From an uncultured Lachnospira sp. (GTDB taxonomy: Bacteria; Bacillota; Clostridia; Lachnospirales; Lachnospiraceae), in contig CAJUKN010000014.1 in the NCBI GenBank assembly GCA_910587485.1, positions 27,432 to 91,431 on the forward strand: a DNA stretch of 64,000 nt. The letters are read 5' to 3'. The first letter of the stretch is position 1. Every line of letters starts with the position of its first letter. The notes under the pieces were generated by a model, which worked only from the letters and a program-made list of their open reading frames with translations, did not search any database and was not told the origin of the DNA. Positions 56,848 through 64,000 of this stretch are shown here, one piece after another. The position numbers and the translations under genes were made by a program.

Positions 56848-59766
56848 ATGGCTAAAGTACAATCAGAGTATGATGTTGAGATTAAGTTCATCGAAAGATT
56901 GGAAAGTATAGGATATGCGTATATTGAGTTGAATAACTATGAAGATGTTATATCTAATTTCAGAGTTCAATTAGCAGCATATAATGCAGAAAAATTAATT
57001 GAAGCAAAAGGAACTGCTGACTTCTCAGATGCAGAGTTCAATCGTGTATTGATTCACGTTGACAACAAGAGCGTTTATGAATCTGCCAAGGTGCTGCGTG
57101 ACAAGTATATTTTGAATTTGGATAATGGGAAAACTGTGTATTTGGAGTTTTTCAGTTTTAATACAGATAGAAATATTTATCAGGTATCTCACCAGATTAC
57201 GATGGATAAAGATCATAAAGATGATGTTGTATATAAAAATCGGTATGATGTAACTGTACTGATTAATGGACTTCCTCTTGTTCAGGTAGAATTGAAAAGA
57301 CCGGGCGTAGAGATAAATGAAGCAATCAATCAGATTAACCGATACAGAAAATTTTCTTTCAAGGGGTTGTTCCGCTACTTACAGCTTTTCGTTGTGTCTA
57401 ATTCTGTTCAGACAAAATACTTCTGTAATGAAAATGAGATGGAGAATGGACAGTATAATCCCATATTAAAGAGCCTTGTATTCTTCTGGACTGATGAGAA
57501 CAATAAACGTATCAATATATTGGATGAGTTTACGGCAGAGTTCTTTAGGAAAACTGCCATTACGGAAATGATTGATAAGTTCATGGTTATTAAATCAGCA
57601 GAACCGATACTCATGGTAATGCGTCCGTATCAGATTTATGCGGTTAAAGCTGCAAAAAAGAGAGTTCTTGAAGCAAATCACAATGGATATGTGTTTGCGT
57701 GTACTGGTTCTGGAAAAACACTTACTTCTTTCAAATTGGCCCAACTTTTAAGGGAAGAGTCAAGGATTGATAAGGTTGTATTTTTGATTGATAGAAAAGA
57801 TTTGGATGACCAAGCAATAGATGAGTATAACAGTTTTGAGAAAGATTGTGTTGATAATTCAGACAGCACACATGTACTTGTAAAGCAGTTACAGGAAACA
57901 GATAGAAAACTGATAGTAACTACCATTCAAAAAATGGCAAATGCTGTAAAGAGTTCCAAATATCAAAAATTTATGGAACAGTATCGGGATAATAAGATTG
58001 TGTTTATCATTGATGAGTGCCATAGAAGTCAGTTTGGGAAAATGCATGGAGATATTGAAAAGCACTTTCATAATGCAAATTATATAGGCTTTACTGGGAC
58101 ACCTATTTTTGAAGCTAATAAAGGAGTTGCCAAAAGGACAACAGCAGATCTGTTTAGTGCTGGCAAGCAGATGGATGCCTGCTTGCATAAATATATGATT
58201 AAAGATGCTATTGCAGATGGCAATGTGTTGAGATTTTCCGTTGAATATCAGAGAACTATATTTGCTCATCATATTGCAGTGAATGGTATTGATCCAGAGC
58301 AGTTGGATGATCCGGAGTATTGCAAGAGACATAATATTGATATAGATGGTCTGTACCATGATGACGAGAGAATTAGAAAGATTGCCATAGATATATTTGA
58401 GCACCATGAGCAACATATTCATCCGCAGGGTAAAGATATTTATACTGCTTTATTTGCAGTAGACAGTATTAAGACACTGGGTAAGTATTATGATATATTC
58501 AAAGAACTTAACAAACAAAGGGAAGTAGGCAAGCAGTATAAGGTGGCAGCAATCTTTAGTTTTGGAGCCAATGAGGATATGGATGAGCGTGGAGACGAGC
58601 ATTCGGCAGAGTTGTTGAGTAGATGCATAGATGATTACAACAAAATGTTTAGCACAGCCTATGATATAGATAAGTTTGATTCCTATAGAAAAGATATAGC
58701 ACAGAGATTAAAGCAGAAGAATTTGCCACAGGTGGATATTCTCCTTGTAGTAAATATGATGCTTACCGGATTCGATGCAAAGCCTTTGAATACACTTTAC
58801 TTGGATAAGAATCTCATTTGGCATACTCTGGTACAAGCATATAGCCGGACAAACAGAGTAGATAAGGTTACAAAGCAATTTGGACAGATTGTTACATACA
58901 GAAATATCAAAAAGTGGCAGGATGATGCACTTAGATTGTTTTCTGGCGATGGTGATCCAAACGAGTATTTATTAGAAAATTATGAGTATTATATCCAAAA
59001 GTGGGTAAATCAGGAGCCAGTCCTTCGTAAAGTTGTTCCTACGGTAGATGATGCGGGACAGCTTCAAAATGAGGATGAAGTCCGAATGTTTATTATTGCC
59101 TTTAGAACTATGGTGGGAACTCTTGCTACGCTTAAGACCTTTAGTAAGTTTAATTGGTCAGATTTGGCGGTTGTAATGGATGAGGATGAATACGAGGGAT
59201 ATAAGAGCTGGTATCTGTATTATAAAGACCAAGCGAACAATCCAAATCCGAGAGTGCCGGTTCCGGTAGATGTAGATTTTGATGTTGAATTGGTCAGAAC
59301 AGACCGTATAAATGTAGTGTATATTCTTAATTTGTTAAAAAGGGCACATGATGCCAGCAATCTTTCGGCAGAACAATTACAGGCAAATGTTGATTTGATT
59401 CTAAGAGAGATTGAACGGTCTGATAATGTGTCTTTGCGAGCCAAGAAGGACATCATGAGGGCTTTTATTGAGACAAGGTTTTATGATTTGCCAGAGGAGG
59501 CAGATATGCAACAGGCATTTGAGGAATTTGAAAAAGAACAACTTCAGGCAGATATTGAGACTTTTTCCTACAATAATGGGATTGATACGGATATCATCAT
59601 TGATATTTTTACGGATTATAGCTTTAGCGGTGGTGTATCAGACGAAGCAATTAGACGGAGACTCATGGCATATCATTTTGGGTTGCTTAAGATTACAAAG
59701 CTCACAAATGACATCAGGGGTTTTGTGGTGAATACCTATAACAAGTACAGAGCAGAAGGAGAATAA
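56848..59766 (+). CDS. hsdR: Type I restriction endonuclease subunit R
   Basis: RYDVTVLINGLPLVQVELK, TGSGKT, DECHR, GFTGTP, QAYSRTNR. Confidence 0.97.
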   Translation: MAKVQSEYDVEIKFIERLESIGYAYIELNNYEDVISNFRVQLAAYNAEKLIEAKGTADFSDAEFNRVLIHVDNKSVYESAKVLRDKYILNLDNGKTVYLEFFSFNTDRNIYQVSHQITMDKDHKDDVVYKNRYDVTVLINGLPLVQVELKRPGVEINEAINQINRYRKFSFKGLFRYLQLFVVSNSVQTKYFCNENEMENGQYNPILKSLVFFWTDENNKRINILDEFTAEFFRKTAITEMIDKFMVIKSAEPILMVMRPYQIYAVKAAKKRVLEANHNGYVFACTGSGKTLTSFKLAQLLREESRIDKVVFLIDRKDLDDQAIDEYNSFEKDCVDNSDSTHVLVKQLQETDRKLIVTTIQKMANAVKSSKYQKFMEQYRDNKIVFIIDECHRSQFGKMHGDIEKHFHNANYIGFTGTPIFEANKGVAKRTTADLFSAGKQMDACLHKYMIKDAIADGNVLRFSVEYQRTIFAHHIAVNGIDPEQLDDPEYCKRHNIDIDGLYHDDERIRKIAIDIFEHHEQHIHPQGKDIYTALFAVDSIKTLGKYYDIFKELNKQREVGKQYKVAAIFSFGANEDMDERGDEHSAELLSRCIDDYNKMFSTAYDIDKFDSYRKDIAQRLKQKNLPQVDILLVVNMMLTGFDAKPLNTLYLDKNLIWHTLVQAYSRTNRVDKVTKQFGQIVTYRNIKKWQDDALRLFSGDGDPNEYLLENYEYYIQKWVNQEPVLRKVVPTVDDAGQLQNEDEVRMFIIAFRTMVGTLATLKTFSKFNWSDLAVVMDEDEYEGYKSWYLYYKDQANNPNPRVPVPVDVDFDVELVRTDRINVVYILNLLKRAHDASNLSAEQLQANVDLILREIERSDNVSLRAKKDIMRAFIETRFYDLPEEADMQQAFEEFEKEQLQADIETFSYNNGIDTDIIIDIFTDYSFSGGVSDEAIRRRLMAYHFGLLKITKLTNDIRGFVVNTYNKYRAEGE

Positions 59767-59768
59767 AA

Positions 59769-61364
59769 ATGGTAATAGATACAGCAAAAGCACAACAACA
59801 GGCAGCTGATTTATCATCACAGTTGTGGAATATCTCAAACGCTCTTCGAGGCGGGATGGATAGTTCGGAGTTTAAGAATTACATTCTTGGTACTATCTTT
59901 TATAGATATCTTTCTGAGAGAACAGAAATATATATGCAAGAGATTCTTCAAGAAGATAATTTGAACTACGAGAAGGCATTTGCAGATAGTGATTACAAGC
60001 CCATTGTGGAACAGTGGTCGATTGAGCATTTGGGGTATATTATCAAACCGGAAAACTTATTTAGAGAATTAACAAGGAAAATCATCAAGCCGAATGGAGA
60101 TGCAGATAAATTTTCCATAGAGCATTATGAGAGGGCTATTAGTGATTTGACTGGTTCTACGCTCGGTCATAATTCAGAAGCAGCTTTTACAGGATTATTT
60201 GATGATATGAGATTACAAGATTCAAGATTAGGAGATACTGTTTCTGAAAGAAGTGACAAAATTGGAAAGGTAATAGCTCGAATTGCAGAGATTGATATGG
60301 ATTTGCAAGACCAGCAGTTTGATGTTCTTGGAACTGCATATATGATTTTAATTGGTCTATTCCAAAGTGACGCAGGTAAAAAAGGCGGAGAATTCTTTAC
60401 TCCGGTAGGTCCTTCTACACTTTGCGCAACGCTTGCGACGATTGGTCTTGATGAAGCAAGAACAGTTGGAGATTGTACTTGCGGTTCTGCTTCTATGTTG
60501 CTTGATGTAAAGAAGCATTTAGCAACTGGTAGAGTTGGTCATTTTTATGGACAAGAAAACAATCCTACTACATATAACCTTGCTCGTATGAATATGTTAA
60601 TGCACGGTGTGGATTATCATAATTTTAGTATTTGTAAGGGTGATACACTTACAAATGATACTTATGGAAAAGAAAAGATGATTGTACAAGTATGCAATCC
60701 CCCATATTCTTTAAAATGGGATGCAAATACAACGCTGCTGGAGGATGAAAGGTATAGTGGAGTTGGAAAACTGGCTCCAAAGAGTCATGCGGATTTGGCA
60801 TTTGTGCAACATATGGTGTATCACATGGATGATAATGATGGTAGAGTGGCAGTATTGTTACCACATGGAGTATTATTTAGAGGTGGGGCAGAAGAAGATA
60901 TTAGAAAATATCTTATTAAAGATTTAAATAGATTGGATGCAGTCATTGGTTTACCAGCAAACCTTTTCCATGGGACACAAATACCAGTTGTAATTCTAGT
61001 ATTGAAAAGTAAGAGAAATGGAAATAGCGACAATGTATTATTTATTGATGCAAGTAAAGAATTTGTGCAGGGAAGAGATCAGAACGAATTGACAACGGAG
61101 CATATTGGTAAGATTGTTAATGCATATGTTAACCGAGAAGAAATTGAAAAATATGCACATGTTGCCTCGATGGAAGAAATTGAGAAAAATGACTATAATC
61201 TCAATATTCCAAGATATGTTAACACTGTCGAGGAAGAAATTATGATAGACATAGAACAAGTAACTAAGGATATAGGTAATATAAATGCTGATCTACAGAA
61301 AAATTATAAGGAATTAGAGGAATATTTTGATGAGTTAGGCATTACTTTTCCGGAAGGCTTGTAG
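59769..61364 (+). CDS. hsdM: Type I restriction-modification methyltransferase
   Basis: GKKGGEFFTP, DCTCGS, NPPY, LPHGVLFRG, YNLNIPRY. Confidence 0.97.
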   Translation: MVIDTAKAQQQAADLSSQLWNISNALRGGMDSSEFKNYILGTIFYRYLSERTEIYMQEILQEDNLNYEKAFADSDYKPIVEQWSIEHLGYIIKPENLFRELTRKIIKPNGDADKFSIEHYERAISDLTGSTLGHNSEAAFTGLFDDMRLQDSRLGDTVSERSDKIGKVIARIAEIDMDLQDQQFDVLGTAYMILIGLFQSDAGKKGGEFFTPVGPSTLCATLATIGLDEARTVGDCTCGSASMLLDVKKHLATGRVGHFYGQENNPTTYNLARMNMLMHGVDYHNFSICKGDTLTNDTYGKEKMIVQVCNPPYSLKWDANTTLLEDERYSGVGKLAPKSHADLAFVQHMVYHMDDNDGRVAVLLPHGVLFRGGAEEDIRKYLIKDLNRLDAVIGLPANLFHGTQIPVVILVLKSKRNGNSDNVLFIDASKEFVQGRDQNELTTEHIGKIVNAYVNREEIEKYAHVASMEEIEKNDYNLNIPRYVNTVEEEIMIDIEQVTKDIGNINADLQKNYKELEEYFDELGITFPEGL

Positions 61365-61376
61365 GAGGAAGTAAAC

Positions 61377-62591
61377 ATGGGTGATAAAAGTATTCCAAAG
61401 TTACGATTTCCAGAATTTACTGATGAGTGGGAACAGCGTAAGCTGGGGGAGATTGCTGGAAATGTCATTGGAGGAGGTACACCAAAGACAAGTGTAGCTG
61501 AATACTGGGATGGTAGCATTCCTTGGATTCAGTCATCAAATGTACAAGAGAATGAAATGTTTGAATTCGAAATTCCTAAGAGTATTACACAGATTGGTTT
61601 AGATAAATCAGCAGCTAAGCTAATTCCCAAAAACTCTATTGCTGTTGTAACTCATGTAGGTGTTGGAAAGCTTGTATTTGTGCCGTTTTCATATGCGACA
61701 AGTCAGGATTTCACGTCCTTAGCAGAGTTAAAAACAGATGCTAAATTTACATGTTATTCTTTGTATCAGCGCATTCAAAATGACTTGCATATTGTACAAG
61801 GTTCAGCGATAAAAGGAATAACTAAAGAAGACTTGCTCACTAAAGAAATAATGGTTCCTGAAATAGAGGAGCAAAAGAAAATTGGTAAGTATTTTTCCAC
61901 CCTCGATCACCTTATAACCCTTCATCAACGAAAGTGTTACTGCCTAAAAAAATTACGAGATGGCATTATACAGAAGATACTTTCGAGAGAACTTCGATTT
62001 AAGAGAGCTGATGGAAGGGAGTTTGAGAACTGGGTAACTAAAGAATTATGGGAAATTCTCACGGAGAGGAAAGTAAGTCAAACTATTACAGAAGATGCCC
62101 CCTTGTTATCGTTTACCATAGAGCAAGGCGTAATTAAACCTCAAGATAAAAAAACAAATAAGAGAGATTTCCTAATAAAAGATAAGGAAACGAAAAAGTT
62201 TGCATTAACAGAGGTTGATGATATTATTTACAATCCTGCCAACTTAAAATATGGAGCAATTCATCGTAATAAGTTAATGCGAGGAGTTGTATCGCCTATA
62301 TATGCTATTTTTTACACAGAGCAAAACCCAGCATTCATGGAGTATGTTGTTAAAAATCCAATTTTCATTAAAAATTCAATGAAGTATTTGGAAGGAACTG
62401 TAATTAAGCTTATGACTTTGAAACCAAGGGATTTTTTGAAGCTCAAGGTTGAAATTCCAGCTTCTTTGGAAGAACAGAAGATAATTGCGGATTTCCTTAT
62501 GAAATTTGATGAGACTATAGATGCAGAACAAAAGAGAATAGAGACATGGAAAGAACTTAAAAAGGGATTGCTTCAGCAAATGTTTGTATAG
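61377..62591 (+). CDS. hsdS: Type I restriction-modification specificity subunit (two TRDs)
   Basis: PKLRFPEF..WEQRKLGE, EEQKKIG...LDHLITLHQRK, KKGLLQQMF. Confidence 0.96.
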   Translation: MGDKSIPKLRFPEFTDEWEQRKLGEIAGNVIGGGTPKTSVAEYWDGSIPWIQSSNVQENEMFEFEIPKSITQIGLDKSAAKLIPKNSIAVVTHVGVGKLVFVPFSYATSQDFTSLAELKTDAKFTCYSLYQRIQNDLHIVQGSAIKGITKEDLLTKEIMVPEIEEQKKIGKYFSTLDHLITLHQRKCYCLKKLRDGIIQKILSRELRFKRADGREFENWVTKELWEILTERKVSQTITEDAPLLSFTIEQGVIKPQDKKTNKRDFLIKDKETKKFALTEVDDIIYNPANLKYGAIHRNKLMRGVVSPIYAIFYTEQNPAFMEYVVKNPIFIKNSMKYLEGTVIKLMTLKPRDFLKLKVEIPASLEEQKIIADFLMKFDETIDAEQKRIETWKELKKGLLQQMFV

Positions 62592-62752
62592 AATGAAGTG
62601 TAGTAAGGTGTATCGAAATGAAGTAAAAATATAAATTCGATATACCTTTTTTATTATATAAAATTACTGTTTTTACCAAAAATGGGGTTAGGGGATTTCC
62701 CTTATGCGAGCCAATTTTCATAGAGTTTCCGTAGGAAAAAATCTGTGTAAAT

Positions 62753-62860
62753 TCTGTCTATGGACGTCCATAGGCAGTGCTTGCTATTTTATTCTGCGTA
62801 TATACGCGGGCAGTGCTTGCTATTATGCTCTGTGTCATGACACAGGGAGTGCTTGCTGTT
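62753..62860. repeat. Three 36-bp-period units: variable palindrome plus conserved AGTGCTTGCT
   Basis: GGCAGTGCTTGCT at 62773 and 62809, GGGAGTGCTTGCT at 62845, each preceded by a different palindrome. Confidence 0.8.
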
Positions 62861-63010
62861 TCGGTGAGATGAACAAATGGATTTTAAGTTGTATGGTTAG
62901 TCTGTCCTAAACTGATATGGGCGTTGCCGCCCATTTTAACAGAAAAATTTTGAAAAAGTTTTGTAAATAGGAAGGAATTTTGCATATTTACCATATAGAA
63001 TAATATTTAA

Positions 63011-63437
63011 GGCATATGAAATAAAAGCCTGTTTGAAAACTGAATATTGCAATATACATACAGGACGTGAGGATATGCGTAGCCACAATGTAGGTGCGCC
63101 ATGATATGCTCGCTTCAATCCATTTTCAGGCAAATGTGAAGAAATGAAAAACAAACCACTGAAGCGAAGGCATTGAGCGATAAAAACCTGACAAAATGCA
63201 CAGCAGTTGTGTGGGGCGATGAAGCATATCTGTGATAATGATACTTCTGGATTTTTGATTGAAATTCAGTCATATAATGACGGTGCGATTCCGATGTGGG
63301 CAGCGTAATGACCTGTCACTTGTATGTAGGTTTATGGATTAAAGTACAGGAAAAATTGACGGGGAATTTGTGATTTTTTAGAATTAAAACAGCGTAAGGG
63401 CAGTTATGAACGTAACAGTTTATAGCTGTCCTTTTTT
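63011..63437 (+). ncRNA. Candidate large structured RNA/leader
   Basis: No credible ORF; TTTGAAAACTGAATA at 63032; nested long-range pairings; terminator at 3' end. Confidence 0.5.
63396..63437 (+). terminator. Intrinsic terminator
   Basis: AAGGGCAGTTATGAAC/GTTTATAGCTGTCCTT then T tract. Confidence 0.8.
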
Positions 63438-63460
63438 GCGTTCATATGGGAGGGATATTT

Positions 63461-63619
63461 ATGACTGATGAATGGAGCGGATTGGCAGATATGCTTGCAA
63501 ATTTGATTGAAAAATATGCGTCAGATTTGGATATAGAAAATTTACCTGATATAACAGTAGATAATCATGTGGAAGAAAAAAATAAGGCAACAAAAGACTG
63601 GCAAGATGTTTCTTGCTAA
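63461..63619 (+). CDS. Small acidic hypothetical protein (52 aa), below ORF-track cutoff
   Basis: RBS GGGAGG; MTDEWSGLADMLANLIEKYASDLDIENLPD... Confidence 0.65.
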   Translation: MTDEWSGLADMLANLIEKYASDLDIENLPDITVDNHVEEKNKATKDWQDVSC

Positions 63620-63724
63620 TAGCAAGTGTATAATGTATAATAAACATGATAAGTATGTCCAAACCAAATTTGGAAAAACATACTTGCTTATATTTGAGTG
63701 AAAGTACAAGGAGATGAGGTGACT

Positions 63725-64000
63725 ATGGATTACAGAGATGAAATGGGAAAATCAAATATTATAATCTATACAACAGAGGATGGTTTGTCTAAGATCGAAA
63801 CAACTTTTGATGGGGATACTGTGTGGCTGTCTATTGACCAAATGGCAGAACTATTTCAGAGAGATAAATCAACAATTTCAAGGCATATTAAAAATATTTA
63901 TTCAGAAGAAGAACTTGTGCAGGAAGCAACTGTTGCATATTTTGCAACAGTTCAAAATGAAGGAAACAGGCAGGTAGAACGCAGCATTTGTTATTATAAT
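63725..64000 (+). CDS. RhuM-family DNA-binding protein, 3'-truncated by window
   Basis: RBS GAGG; IIIYTTEDG...DTVWLSIDQMAELFQRDKSTISRHIKNIYSEEEL...FATVQNEG...YYN; open to window end. Confidence 0.88.
   Translation, partial: MDYRDEMGKSNIIIYTTEDGLSKIETTFDGDTVWLSIDQMAELFQRDKSTISRHIKNIYSEEELVQEATVAYFATVQNEGNRQVERSICYYN

Larger units (their letters stand above)
52700..64000. mobile_element. Genomic island entering at rlmD 3' end (other boundary outside window)
   Basis: Change in sequence character at HVETV codons, then defence cargo (type I R-M, large nuclease-like ORF, RhuM); no integrase within window. Confidence 0.65.

Noticed and set aside
62753..62860. Type III toxin-antitoxin (ToxI-like 36-nt repeats) or mini-CRISPR
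   Set aside because: Only three units, largely non-identical; no ToxN/CptN/TenpN-like or cas gene follows
62704..63154. ORFs 62704-62910 and 62936-63154 as genes
   Set aside because: No RBS or recognisable motifs; they run through the palindrome array and the candidate RNA promoter
63780..63977. 65-aa ORF in the track
   Set aside because: Wrong frame; the real gene is the RhuM-family frame from 63725, open to the window end

Overview
AT-rich Clostridia chromosome segment, probably Lachnospiraceae-like (inferred from gene content). It has three parts. (1) ~1-15.1 kb is an accessory region: a 5'-truncated non-specific-endonuclease-like ORF, two tandem VirD4/TraD-like ATPases, a degenerate M48 peptidase, AraC plus esterase, a C45 Ntn-hydrolase, an HTH gene, and a WYL/GyrI/XRE/radical-SAM cluster. 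(2) ~15.5-53 kb is core genome: ilvE, mscL, spoVT-mazG-hup-yabOPQ-divIC-spoIIE-tilS-hpt-ftsH, GH13, trmD, adhE, a two-component system, mutS2, yhaM and rlmD. (3) From ~52.7 kb there is a genomic island entering at the 3' end of rlmD. It carries a 1213-aa protein with a C-terminal PD-(D/E)xK motif, a complete type I R-M system, an ~850-bp structured non-coding region and the start of a RhuM-family gene. The most striking unannotated signal is non-coding. Family A is a dispersed ~85-110-nt element with compensatory pseudoknot-like pairing that abuts the Shine-Dalgarno of at least 6-7 unrelated genes. Family B is a second dispersed element with an IS200/IS605-end-like palindrome plus a conserved AAGCGGATTGYGAATATCC core. 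There are also two stand-alone ncRNA candidates. No rRNA, tRNA or CRISPR array was seen. All assignments come from reading motifs by eye; no database search was run.
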